Origin: Octopus sinensis
Lineage: Eukaryota
Length of the DNA stretch: 64,000 nt
NCBI RefSeq assembly: GCF_006345805.1
Contig: NW_021834224.1
Coordinates: 1-64,000, forward strand
Direction: 5' to 3'
Shown: positions 1 to 12,398 of the stretch, one piece after another
How the letters are laid out: every line of letters starts with the position of its first letter
How positions within the stretch are numbered: position 1 is the stretch's first letter
Translations under genes and position numbers: made by a program
Notes under the pieces: model-generated
Told to the model about the DNA's origin: nothing
Database searches by the model: none
Seen by the model: the letters and a program-made list of their open reading frames with translations, nothing else

Positions 1-79
1 AATGAAGAGACATCTTTGATTAAATATTTGAAATGATGGAGAGGCTGCTGACGGTTTATGACTCATTCATAAGACTCAA

Positions 80-145
80 CGTGTGTGTGCATGTGCGTCT
101 GTGTATATGTACGTATGGATATATATGAATATACGCGCGCACGCT

Positions 146-190
<45 letters not shown>

Positions 191-657
191 CATGTATGTA
201 TATATGTGTACGTGTTTGTTTTTGTAGGTGTATGTGTTTGTTTTTGTAGGTGTGTGTGTTTGTATATATATATATGTGTGTTGTGTGTGTGTGTGGTGTG
301 TGTATATGTACGTATGGATATATATGAATATGTGTGCGTGCGTGTATGTATGTATATATATATACACGCACATGTATGTATATATGTGTATGTATTTGTT
401 TTTGTATGTGTGTGTGTGTGTATATATATGTGTGTGTGTGTGTCTGTGTATATGTACGTATGGATATATATGGATATACGCGCGCGTGCTTGTATATATA
501 TATGTATATATATATATATATATATATACACGTAAATGTATGTATATATGTGTATGTGTTTGTTTTTGTATGTGTGTGTGTGTATATATATATGTGTGTG
601 TGGTGTGTCTGTGTATATGTACGTATGGATATATATGAATATACGCGCGCACGCTTG

Positions 658-691
<34 letters not shown>

Positions 692-1577
692 CAAATGTAT
701 GTATATATGTGTATGTATTTGTTTTTGTATGTGTGTGTGTGTGTATATATATATGTGTGTGTGTGTGTCTGTGTATATGTACGTATGGATATATATGAAT
801 ATACGCGCGCGTGCGTGTATGTATGTATGTATATATACACACACATGTATGTATATATGTGTATGTGTTTGTTTTTGTATGTGTGTGTGTATATATATAT
901 GTGTGTGTGTGTGTCTGTGTATATGTACGTATGGATATATATGAATATACGCGCGCATTCTTGTATATATATGTATATATATAAATATACACACACACAT
1001 GTATGTATATATGTGTATGTGTTTGTTTTTGTATATGTGTGTGTGTGTATATATATATATGTGTGTGTGTGTCTGTGTGTGTCTGTGTATATATATGCAT
1101 GTGTGTATGTGTATATGCATGTGTACATTTATATATGCGTATGTATATGTATGTGTATGTATATATATATGTGTGTGTGTGTTTGTGTGTATATATATAT
1201 GTATATATGTATGTTTGTATACATATACATATGTATGCATGTGTATATACATATATACATATATATACGCATATATACATATATACACATATACACATAT
1301 ATACACATAAACACATATATACATATATATTCATATATACATATATATATACATATATACATATACATATATACATATACATATACATATGCATATATAC
1401 ATATGCATATATACATATACATATATACATATACATATATACATATACATTTGCATATATACATATACATATATACATATATATATATATATACACACAC
1501 ATACACACACACACACACATATATATTCATATATAATACATATATATATATATATACACACACATATATATACACAA

Positions 1578-1625
<48 letters not shown>
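80..1625. repeat. Compound TA/TG/CA microsatellite with a ~150-200 bp higher-order unit in its first 1 kb
   Basis: Anchor GTACGTATGGATATATATG recurs at about 108, 308, 455, 620, 779 and 926; the rest is dinucleotide repeat. Confidence 0.9.
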
Positions 1626-1627
<2 letters not shown>

Positions 1628-1861
1628 ATTTATTTAAATGGGTGTTTTTGTGCTTTCTGAGTGTCTTTCTTATTATACGATTATACGAAGGAAATTTCCA
1701 TCTAAAAAAAGAGAAATTACTGTTATTGATAGAGCTGTCAATGTCGAATGCTTGGGAGAAAGGAGCAGTGTGTTACATGGGGAGGTCATGGCACACGAAT
1801 TTGTCATCGTGGCACAAAAGTCACAAAGCAATTTAAGCCAAAAATATTCGCTCGCAAATGT

Positions 1862-2862
1862 CGTGGCTGTGTGGTAAAGAAATTAGCTTCCCAGGCGCAG
1901 GATTCAAGGTTCAATTCCACTGCATGGCACCTCAGTCTCAGACTGACCAAAATCCTTGTGGATTGATTTGGTAGATGGAAACTGCAAGAAGCCCATGTGT
2001 GGTAAGTAGCTTGTTTACCAACCACATGGTTCTGGGTTCAGTCCCACTGCGTGGCACCTCAGTCTCAGACTGACCAAAATCCTTGTGGATTGATTTGGTA
2101 GATGGAAACTGCAAGAAGCCCATGTGTGGTAAGTAGCTTGTTTACCAACCACATGGTTCTGGGTTCAGTCCCACTGCGTGGCACCTCAGTCTCAGACTGA
2201 CCAAAATCCTTGTGGATTGATTTGGTAGATGGAAACTGCAAGAAGCCCATGTGTGGTAAGTAGCTTGTTTACCAACCACATGGTTCCGGGTTCAGTCCCA
2301 CTGCATGGCACCTCAGTCTCAGACTGACCAAAATCCTTGTGGATTGATTTGGTAGATGGAAACTGCAAGAAGCCCATGTGTGGTAAGTAGCTTGTTTACC
2401 AACCACATGGTTCTGGGTTCAGTCCCACTGCATGGCACCTCAGTCTCAGACTGACCAAAATCCTTGTGGATTGATTTGGTAGATGGAAACTGCAAGACCC
2501 AGTTGGTAAGTAGCTTGTTTACCACCACATGTTCTGGGTTCAGTCCCACTGCGTGGCACCTCAGTCTCAGCTGACCAAAATCCTTGTGGATTGATTTGGT
2601 AGATGGAAACTGCAAGAAGCCCATGTGTGGTAAGTAGCTTGTTTACCAACCACATGGTTCTGGGTTCAGTCCCACTGCGTGGCACCTCAGTCTCAGACTG
2701 ACCAAAATCCTTGTGGATTGATTTGGTAGATGGAAACTGCAAGAAGCCCATGTGTGGTAAGTAGCTTGTTTACCAACCACATGGTTCCGGTTTCATTCCC
2801 ACTGCGTGGCACCTTGGGCAAGTGTCTTCTACTATAGCCTTGGGCCGACCAAAGCCTTGTGA
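1862..2862 (+). repeat. Tandem array (~7 x 127 bp) of a tRNA-derived SINE-A head fragment
   Basis: Unit GTGTGGTAAGTAGCTTGTTTACCAACCACATGGTTCTGGGTTCAGTCCCACTGCGTGGCACCTCAGTCTCAGACTGACC...GAAGCCCAT repeats every 127 bp; the last copy runs into normal SINE-A sequence. Confidence 0.9.
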
Positions 2863-3017
2863 GTGGATTAATATAGAATTAATAGTTTAAAACCTTTCAT
2901 CAGATCTCCATGAATCGAACTTTCTTCAATGCAGTTAATCCTACAACCTCTTTTATATCTACCCCTTTTGATGTTTGGGAATTCTCTGATATTTTTTCGG
3001 CTGACGAGTACGAGCCA

Positions 3018-3505
3018 TCTGTATTCACTGCATATTTGTAGCTTATATTTTTCGGAGATTAGTCCTTGTATTCTGAGCTTGGTTCCCTGTGGCTACCAAA
3101 CTTTCCGGTTGCACTCCCATCAGTCCTGTACGATCGTAGAGATTTTATATCCATTCTTGTTGCTTTTTTCCTATTTATAATCACCCACTTGTCGTATGGC
3201 ATACACCATATATATCGGTGCATCCTAGTTAATGACCATATCATGTGATTCTTTAGATTCACTAGAATCTCAATTATTTAACTGTATATACATACATAGA
3301 TACATTCATAATATATATATATATATAATGTAGTTTAATATATATATAATTGTAGTTTTGTGGTACCAGTGCCGTGGCACATACGAAAACCATCCGAACG
3401 TGGCCGTGGCTGTATTCACTGCATTTTTTGTAGCTTATTAAGATGTCCTCGTACGAACGATCGTACCGAGATTTTAATCCATTCTTGTTGCTTTTTTCCT
3501 ATTTA
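3018..3505. repeat. Unclassified local duplication (3018-3180 versus an internally deleted copy at 3408-3505)
   Basis: Shared CTGTATTCACTGCAT.TTTGTAGCTTAT and ATCCATTCTTGTTGCTTTTTTCCTATTTAT. Confidence 0.5.
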
Positions 3506-3529
3506 TGTATGTATATATGTATGTAGTAA

Positions 3530-3635
3530 GAATTTACAAAAAAACAAAAGATGAAGACGCGTGTGTAAACAACAAACAGAGGTATTAGTTTAACGCTCAG
3601 GAAGTGAGAATGTCTTTCATGTTTCTACGACTTTT
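3530..3635 (-). mobile_element. Degenerate fragment of the hammerhead-bearing (Penelope-like) terminal repeat, truncated at the ribozyme
   Basis: Resembles the reverse complement of 30562-30645 (CAAAAGAYGAAGAC...TTAGT.TAACGCTCAGGAA). Confidence 0.5.
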
Positions 3636-3702
3636 TTTCTCAATATTCAATTTCTGTACATCACACCTAACACTCTATACATATACATATACATACATAT
3701 AT

Positions 3703-4082
3703 AGGCGCAGGAGTGGCTGTGTGGTAAGTAGCTTGCTAACCAACCACATGGTTCCGGGTTCAGTCCCACTGCGTGGAACCTTGGGCAAGTGCCTTCTGCT
3801 ATAGCCTCGGGCCGACCAAAGCCTTGTGAGTAGATTTAGTAGACGGAAACTGAAAGAAGCCTGTCGTATATATGTATATATATGTATGTGTGTGTGTGTG
3901 TGTGTGTATTTGTGTGTCTGTGTTTGTCCCTCTAGCACTGCTTGACAACTGGTGTGTTTACGTCCCCATCACTTAGAATAAGTACTGGGCTTACACAGAA
4001 TAAGTCCCGGGGTCAATTTGCTCGACCAAAGGCGGTGCTCCAGCATGGCCGCAGTCAAATGTCTGAAACAAGCAAAAGAGTA
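3703..4082 (+). mobile_element. SINE-A, full length (tRNA-like head, internal TA/TG microsatellite, body, AGTAAAAG-type tail)
   Basis: Head AGGCGCAGGAGTGGCTGTGTGGTAAG...GGTTCAGTCCC has A/B-box-like motifs; tail GGCGGTGCTCCAGCATGGCCGCAGTCAAATG. Many copies in the window. May be one of the octopus OK/OR families (not verified). Confidence 0.85.
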
Positions 4083-4100
4083 TACATACATATATATATA

Positions 4101-4738
4101 TCCCCTTTGCTTGCGAAGACATGTTGGGGCAAGCGAAATTGAAATCGAATTGAACCAGCCAGGATCCCTGGTCTGGTGGTACGTAAAAATCATTATCCGA
4201 CTCGTGGCCGATGCCAGTGCCGCCTCGACTGGCTTCCGTGCCGGTGGCACGTAAAATACACCAATCCGACCGTGGCCGTTGCCAGCCTCGCCTGGCACCT
4301 GTGCAGGTGGCACGTAAAAAGCACCCACTACACTCACGGCGTGGTTGGCGTTAGGAAGGGCATCCAGCTGTAGAAACATTGCCAGATAAGACTGGAGCCT
4401 GGTGCAGCCTTCTGGCCTCCCAGATCCCCGGTCGAACTGTCCAACCCATGCTAGCATGGAGAACGGACGTTTAACGATGATGATGATTCAACACCGATCA
4501 TCTTCCCGGTACCACATAAGAAATACCTTTTCTGGTGCCACATAATAGAAAACTTAGCACCCTCTGCTAAGTGGTGGGCGTTAGGAAGGGCATCCAGCTG
4601 TCGAAACCATGCTGAAACACAGATTATGGAATCTGGTGTGGCTTCTGATCTTGCCAGTTGTTGTCAAGCTGTCCAACCCATGCCAGCATGGAAAATGGGC
4701 GTTAAATGATGATGGTGATGATGATGATGATGATGATG
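4101..4738 (+). mobile_element. SINE-B/non-autonomous retroposon with (GAT)n tail, plus a second tail-only copy (4563-4738)
   Basis: GGTGGCACGTAAAA sub-repeats, GTTGGCGTTAGGAAGGGCATCCAGCTGT and CCAACCCATGCTAGCATGG...GACGTTAAACGATGATG, all shared with 17212, 27205, 28580 and 30700. Confidence 0.8.
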
Positions 4739-4889
4739 AAATGGCCTCATCAGAAACTGACGATGGACTCAGGGTTTTATATGGGGAACAGCATGCAGCC
4801 AAAGTCAGCTGAAGGAATATTCCGGTACCCACTTCATCAACCTTCTGTAACTTACGTAAACGACATCCGATACTATAACACACCCCAAT

Positions 4890-6098
4890 GCACTACCACC
4901 ACAACCACAACCACCACTACCATCACCTCCACCACTACTACCATCATCATCACCAACACCACCACCATCACCATCACCATTGCCACCATCATCATCACCA
5001 CCATCACCCCTACCACAAAAACCTCAACCACCACTGTCGCCATCACCATCATCACCACCACCATCAGCACCACCATCACCATCAGTATCAGTATCATCAC
5101 CATCATCACTACCACAACTACCACTACCATCACCATTACCACAACTACCACCACCATCACCACCATCATCATCACCACCACCACTGCCACCATTACCATC
5201 ATCAATACAACCACCACCACCACCACCACCACCACCACCATCACTATCACCACCACCACCATCACCACCACTGCCACCATCACCACCACTGCCACCATCA
5301 CCACCACTGCCACCATCACCACCACTGCCACCACCATCACTGCCACCACCACTATCACCCCCCCCCAATACCACCACCACTACCATCCTGCCCAACTCAA
5401 ATTCCACACATTCGCCACCCAGTATATTCATGACACAACCTTACACCGCAGACAGACAGAAGCACTGAAATAACACTAGAAACCAACAAAACAAACAACA
5501 CAACAACAGAAAAAACCCCAGATATGACACAGAAACACTCCCAGAAGACAATGGTGGCACGACACCTCAGCAAAAACACAAAGAAAGTGGACCTAGGGCT
5601 ATAGGAGAAACTCATATCAAATTGCTGGAGACAACAACAACAACAACTATAATAATCTTTTTTACTAAAGGCATAAAATTTGGGGGGGTGGGGACTAGTC
5701 GATTTCATTGACCCCCAGTTTTTCACTGGTACTTAATTTATTGACCCTGAGAGGAAGGAAGACAAAGTCAACCCCAGTAGCAGTTGAACTTAGAATCATC
5801 ATCATCATCATCATCATCACCACCATCATTATCATCATGATCATGATCATCACCTTCACCATCTTCACCACCACCATCACCTTCATCATCATCATCATAA
5901 CCATCTTCACCACCACCATCACCTTCATCATCATCATCATGATCATCATCATAACCATCTTCACCATCACCTTCATCATCATCATCATCATCATAACCAT
6001 CTTCCCCACCACCATCACCATCATCATCATCATTATCATCATGATCATCACCATCACCATCTTCACCACCACCATCGCATTCATCATCATCATCGTCG
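4890..6098. repeat. Compound CAC/CAT trinucleotide blocks (4890-5390, 5795-6098) with a SINE-C fragment at ~5660-5795
   Basis: Direct inspection; ACTGGTACTTAATTTATTGACC core in the SINE-C piece. Confidence 0.85.
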
Positions 6099-6450
6099 CC
6101 GTTTAACATCCACTTTCCATGCTGGTGTGGGTTGAACGGTTTGACTGAGGACTGGCGAACCAGAAGGCTGCACCAGGCTCCAATCTGATCTGGCAGAGTT
6201 TCTACAGCTTGATGCCCTTCCTAACGCCAACCACTCCGAGAGCATAGTGGGTGCATTTTACATATCACCAGCACAAGGGCCAATCAGGCGGTACTGGCAT
6301 CGGCCATGACAATGACTTCACCCAACAGGTCTTCGCAAACACGGTTTATTGCTCATTGATTGAAGGGTACTCTCAAATGGGCCGGTTAAACTGCAGGGTC
6401 ACAGGCCTTGGTAACAGTCTCACTTAGCTTGCCAGGCTTTCTCAAGAATG
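6095..6450 (-). mobile_element. SINE-B copy
   Basis: Reverse complement of the SINE-B tail (GTTTAACATCCACTTTCCATGCTGG...GATGCCCTTCCTAACGCCAACCACTCC). Confidence 0.75.
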
Positions 6451-6464
6451 TTAATAACGATGGT

Positions 6465-6668
6465 TTGAAATTTTGCCACAAGGGCAGCAATTTTGGTGGA
6501 GGGAATGAGTCGATTACATTGGCCCCCAGCATTCAACTGGTACTTATTTTATCGACCTTGAAAGGATGAAAGTAGATCTTGGTGGAATTTGAACTCAGAA
6601 CACGATGGTGGATGAATGGCTTCTAAGTATTTTGCCTGGCATGCTAAAGATTCTGCCATCTCACTTCC
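6465..6668 (-). mobile_element. SINE-C copy (a similar copy lies at 8160-8395)
   Basis: CTGGTACTTATTTTATCGACC..GAAAGGATGAAAG...GAATTTGAACTCAGAA core; the tRNA-like head lies on the minus strand. Confidence 0.75.
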
Positions 6669-6689
6669 TTAATAATAATGATGATAATA

Positions 6690-6734
<45 letters not shown>

Positions 6735-6802
6735 GGGTTAGACATCAAAAGAGAATGACTCCCAAGACACAACAGAATAATAATAATATAAGAAGAAGAA
6801 GT

Positions 6803-7088
6803 TAGCGAAAGGGGCTGATTGCTACGTAGCTCAGATACCAGGAAACCCCAAAATAGCAGAAATTCAAAAGATAGTGCTCATGGGAACTGCCCATATCTAA
6901 CGTAAAATACTGTCTATGATGTAATCTCAAATTTTAAAACAAATTTAAATTCTTCTTATGTTTTCTTAGACAAAACCAAACATGACACCATAGGCATAAC
7001 ACCAACGTGAACTTCTAATTTGTTGTCTATTGAGAAATCTGGGTGAGACTTGGAACCAACTTGTACAAATACAAAGCAAAAGTCAAAC

Positions 7089-7090
<2 letters not shown>
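6803..7090 (+). mobile_element. 3' end of an R4/Dong-clade (RLE) non-LTR retrotransposon
   Basis: Encodes AKGADCYVAQIPGNPKIAEIQKIVLMGTAHI, then a 3' UTR ending in (ATA)n; homologous to 27995-28570. Confidence 0.8.
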
Positions 7091-7136
<46 letters not shown>

Positions 7137-7138
<2 letters not shown>

Positions 7139-7955
7139 TGCCCTGATGCAATACCAGGCAGTGGCTCTCATGGCTTCTCATCTTAACTGATTGGAATTGT
7201 TATCAAGTACATTGTTTTGTTTTGGTATAAAAGATGGGTTACAGCAAATATTCTGCTCAATACCACAGATTTGCTTGTCAGTTGTTTGACCTTAACCAGT
7301 TGAGCATGTCCCTTAGTGGCTGACGATATGTGCATCTCTGATCACGAGCAGAAGTAGTGGGGGAGCATCATAGCCATGTGTTGAGAGGGATTCTTTGGGG
7401 TTTGAATAATTCACCTCTGGAAACATGGGTGTTTCGTTCAACATCCTTAAACAACCCTTATTCAGGGACCTTTTGAGTGGGATGGGTTACTCGACCAGAA
7501 GAAAATTCTAACTGGGCCCCACCTGGAAGGTCATGCGCTGTTTATCTTGATATGAGATCACCATGTCGCGCACATATGGTTGTGATGCATGTGCCTGGTG
7601 TACCCTTATCAGATGGGTAGTCATGATGGGTATATTGGGCTTCGTATATTTTACCCCAGTGTCACTTTGATGGCATGCACTGCTCTCTCACTCAATGATA
7701 ATAATAATAATAATAATAATAATATAATAATAATAATAAATGCCCTGATGCTGTACCAGGCAGTGGCTCTCGTGGCTTCTGATCTGCAAGGTCATGTGCT
7801 ATTTATCTTGATATGAGATCACCATGTCGCACACACATGGTTGTGATGCATGTACCTGGTGTACCCTTATCAGACGGGTAGTCATGATGGGTATACTGGG
7901 CTTCGTATATTTTACCCCAGTGTCACTTTGATGACATGCATTGCACTCTCACTCA
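7137..7955 (+). mobile_element. Non-coding retroposon embedded in (TAA)n: ~560 bp copy (7137-7695) plus an internally deleted copy (7739-7955)
   Basis: Both begin ATGCCCTGATGC.GTACCAGGCAGTGGCTCTC-like and end CCCCAGTGTCACTTTGATG.CATGCA.TGC.CTCTCACTCAAT(AAT)n; a 30-bp end fragment lies on the minus strand at ~9262-9292. Confidence 0.7.
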
Positions 7956-8472
7956 ATAATAACAATAATAATAATAATCGTCTTATTATGGCCACAAGGG
8001 CAGAACACAAAAAAAAATAGGGACCATAAAAATACAAGGGACAAGTGGGGTTTAACACAAAATCTAGTAAACAATAAAATAACAATTAACAAAAAAAATT
8101 CTAAGGACTAAATTCCCAAATAGGTAGTGGGGTGGGGGGAGTTTCACCTAGGGCAATCCTGTCTTTTATATGTACAAGGCCTGAAGGTTTGGGGGAAGGG
8201 GTAGTGGATTACATTGACCCCAGTGCATGACTGGTACTTTTTTTATTGACACCCCCTTTCTGCTCCCTGCCGAAAGGATGAAAGGCAGAGTCAACCCTGG
8301 CTGCATTTGAACTCAGAACTCAGAATGTAAAGATGGATAAAATGCCAGCAAGCATTTCACCCGGCATGCTAATGATTCTGCCAGCTCCCTGCCTTAATAA
8401 TAATAACAATAATAATAATAATAATATAATAATAATAATAATGATAATAATAATAATAATAATAATAATAAT

Positions 8473-8635
8473 AGGTGCAGGAGTGGCTGTGTGGTAAGTA
8501 GCTTGTTTACCAACAACATGGTTCCGGGTTCAGTCCTACTGTGTGGCACCTTGGGCAAGTGTCTTCTACTAAAACCTCGGGCCGGCCAAAGCCTTGTGAG
8601 TGGATTTGGTAGACGGAAACTGAAAGAAGCCCATC

Positions 8636-8675
<40 letters not shown>

Positions 8676-8900
8676 GTGTGGGTGTTTGTGTGTCTGTGTT
8701 TGTCCCCCTAGCATTGCTTGACAACCGATGCTGGTGTGTTTATGTCCCCGTTACTTAGCAGTTCGGCAAAAGAGACCAATAGAATAAGTACTGGGCTTAC
8801 AAAAGAATAAGTCCTGGGGTCGAGTTGCTCGATTAAAGGCGGTGCTCCAGCATGGCCGCAGTCAAATGATTGAAACAAGTAAAAGAAAAGAAAAGAGAGT
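8473..8900 (+). mobile_element. SINE-A, full length
   Basis: Complete head, microsatellite, body and tail. Confidence 0.85.
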
Positions 8901-8901
8901 A

Positions 8902-8938
<37 letters not shown>

Positions 8939-9119
8939 TGTTCCAGAAAGGTGGCAAGACATAAAAGATTTGTAAACGATATTAGGGGATTCTAACGCAT
9001 AATTTATTAACCTTCAACATCTTAATGTATGTTTTTCCAAGATGTAACTAATTATTTTTTTTTTTCATGTAAGAAATAAAAAACTTTTAATGTATTTAAC
9101 AAATCAGGAATAATAACGA

Positions 9120-9190
9120 TGTAACTCCTCCTCCTCCCCTTCTTCTTCTTCTTCTTCTTCCTGCTTGTGGCATCATCATCATCATTATTA

Positions 9191-9249
<59 letters not shown>

Positions 9250-9749
9250 TTTACTATTATTATAGAGAGCAGAGCATGCCATCAAAGTGACAATTATTAT
9301 TGTTGTTAGTGTTTGTGGGTTTTTTTTGTTGTTGTTGTTGCTGCTGCTGCTGTTTGTGGTGGTGTCATTATTATTGTTGTTGTTCTTGTTATTTGTGGTT
9401 GTGATGGTGACATTATTATTAATATTATCATTATTATGATTATTATAGTTATTATTATTATTATTATTATTGTTATTATTATTATTGTTATTACTATGAT
9501 TGTTATTATGATTATTATTATTATTATTATAGTTATTATTATTATTATTATATTATTATAATGATTATTATTATTATTATGATGATTATTATTTTTATTA
9601 TTATAGTTATTATTATTATTATTATTAATATTATTATAATGATTATTATTACTATTATCATTATTATGATTATTATTATTATTATAGTTATTATTATTAT
9701 TATTATTATTATGATTATTATTATAATTATTATTATTATGATTATTATA

Positions 9750-9782
<33 letters not shown>

Positions 9783-9905
9783 GCTATTATTATTATTATT
9801 ATTAATTATTAATATTATTATTATGATAATGATTATTATTATTATTGTTGTTGCTTGTGGTTGTGATGCTGACATTATTATTATTATTGTTGTTGTTGTT
9901 GTTAA
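9120..9905. repeat. (ATT)n/(GTT)n trinucleotide block
   Basis: Direct inspection. Confidence 0.9.
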
Positions 9906-10564
9906 TATATTCCAGTAAACATATCAACACTCAGATCAGGGCCTGTAAATGTTGTTATGACATTCACACACACAACATTTGTTGACCTTGAAGATTCTTA
10001 TGACTGTTTTTTTTTTGTTTTTTTGGTTCCAAGACATATCCAATTATTTTTCTTAAAGCAAAAGAAGAAAACAAAACAAAAAAAAACCAAAAAAAAAAAT
10101 AAATGAAACCCGATATATTCCTCAAAACAACCAACGCTAACAACAACAACAACAACAACAATAACAAAACTGATTGTTTCTAAATAAGGCTCAAAGCAAG
10201 TGATTTTAAGCGGTGGGGGGCTTCGTTGAGATTGTCGACCCCATTTCTTGACTGGTATTCCAATTTATCAACCACAGAAGACTAAAAGTGAAATTGACCT
10301 TGGTAGGGCTTGAACTCAAAATGTTATGAACTGAAGCAAATAACCACAAGGCATTTTTATGAACACTCTAATAATCGTGCTGATCCATAGGCTTTGTAAG
10401 GGATTAACAGTGATAATGCTAATAATTCATTTCGAATTTTGGCACAAGGCCAGCAATTTTAGGGGAGGGCATAAATTGACTACATTGACCCCTCTCTCCC
10501 CCCTCCCCCAGTGCTCCACTGGTACCTGTTCAATTGAGCCCCCCAAAAAATGAAAGGCATAAGA

Positions 10565-11800
10565 CTTGAAATTTTGGGGGAGATGGCTAGTTGATTATAT
10601 CGATCCCCCCCAGTGTTTCACTGGTACTTACTTAATTTATCGACCCTGAAACGATGAAAGGCAGAGTCGACCTCAACGGAATTTGAACTCAGAACGTAAG
10701 GACTGACGAAATACCGCGATTCATTCTTTTCTACTCTAGGCAGAAGGCCCGAAATTTTGAGGGAGAGGGCTAGTAGGTTAGATCGACTGCAGTACGCAAC
10801 TGGTACTTAATTTATCGACCCTGAAACGATGAAGGCAGAGTCGACCTCACGGAATTTGAACTCAGAACGTAAGGACTGACGAAATACCGCGATTCATTCT
10901 TTTCTACTCTAGGCAGAAGGCCCGAAATTTTGAGGGAGAGGGCTAGTAGGTTAGATCGACTGCAGTACGCAACTGGTACTTAATTTATCGACCCTGAAAC
11001 GATGAAAGGCAGAGTCGACCTCAACGGAATTTGAACTCAGAACGTAAGGACTGACGAAATACCGCGATTCATTCTTTTCTACTCTAGGCAGAAGGCCCGA
11101 AATTTTGAGGGAGAGGGCTAGTAGGTTAGATCGACCGCAGTACGCAACTGGTACTTAATTTATCGACCCTGAAACGATGAAAGGCAGAGTCGACCTCAAC
11201 GGAATTTGAACTCAGAACGTAAGGACTGACGAAATACCGCGATTCATTCTTTTCTACTCTAGGCACAAGGCCCGAAATTTTGGGGGAGAAGGTTAGTAGG
11301 TTAGATCGACCGCAGTACGCAACTGGTACTTAATTTATCAACCCCGAAAGGATGAAAGGCAAAGTCGTCCTCGGCGGAATTTGAACTCAGAACGTAAGGA
11401 CTGACGAAATACCGCGATTCATTCTTTTCTACTCTAGGCACAAGGCCCGAAATTTTGGGGGAGAGGGTTAGTAGGTTAGATCGACCGCAGTACGCAACTG
11501 GTACTTAATTTATCAACCCCGAAAGGATGAAAGGCAAAGTCGTCCTCGGCGGAATTTGAACTCAGAACGTAAGGACTGACGAAATACCGCGATTCATTCT
11601 TTTCTACTCTAGGCACAAGGCCTGAAATTTTGGGGGAGAGGGTTAGTAGGTTAGATCGACCGCAGTATGCAACTGGTACTTAATTTATCGACCCTGAAAC
11701 GATGAAAGGCAGAGTCGACCTCAACGGAATTTGAACTCAGAATGTAAAGATGGATAAATGCTGCTAAGCTCTTTGCCTAGCAGGTCAGGGGTTCTGCCAG
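10565..11800 (-). repeat. Tandem array (~6.5 x 175 bp) of a SINE-C segment
   Basis: ACTGGTACTT anchors at 10799, 10972, 11147, 11322, 11497 and 11672. Confidence 0.9.
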
Positions 11801-11913
11801 CTGGTCCTTTAGCATTCAGATTACTCTCATCTACTCTAGGCACAAGACTCTAGGCACAGTTTAAATGCAATGAAACCTCAAAATCAATAAAATCCCAATA
11901 AATCAATAAATAT

Positions 11914-12115
11914 AGGCGCAGGAGTGGCTGTGTGGTAAGTAGCTTGCTTACAAACCACATGGTTCTGGGTTCAGTCCCACTGCATGGCACCTTGGGCAAG
12001 TGTCTTCTACTATAGTCTCAGGCTGACCAAACTCTAGTGAGTGGATTTGGTAGACGGAAACTGAAAGAAGCCTGTCGGTATATATATATATATATATATA
12101 CACACAAACACACAC

Positions 12116-12169
<54 letters not shown>

Positions 12170-12176
12170 TATGTGT

Positions 12177-12212
<36 letters not shown>

Positions 12213-12390
12213 ATGCTTGTATGTCTACGTTTGTCCCTCTATAACATTGCTTGACAACTGAAGATGATGTGTTTAAGTCCCTGTAACGTAGCGGGTCAGC
12301 ATAAGAGACTGATAGAATAAGTACTAGGCTTACAAAGACTAAGTCCTGGGCTTGATTAGTTCGACTAAAGGCAGTGCTCCAGCATAGCCA
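11914..12390 (+). mobile_element. SINE-A, tail cut by the CR1 array
   Basis: Head at 11914; body ends GGCAGTGCTCCAGCATAGCCACACTCAAAT. Confidence 0.8.
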
Positions 12391-12398
12391 CACTCAAA

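Noticed and set aside
56-1660. Long Y/I/H/T/C/V-rich ORFs (also at 15643-16498, 23792-24931, 25999-26511)
   Set aside because: Translations of dinucleotide repeats that lack stops; open in many frames on both strands.
2900-3262. Possible exon in unique-looking sequence (also 1640-1860, 4740-4880, 19040-19130)
   Set aside because: No recognisable FREM or other domain in the frames I translated, and no consistent splice-site pair.
10700-11640. CTGACGA...GAAA in the 175-bp unit as a hammerhead
   Set aside because: No stem II or stem III pairing and no matching stem I.
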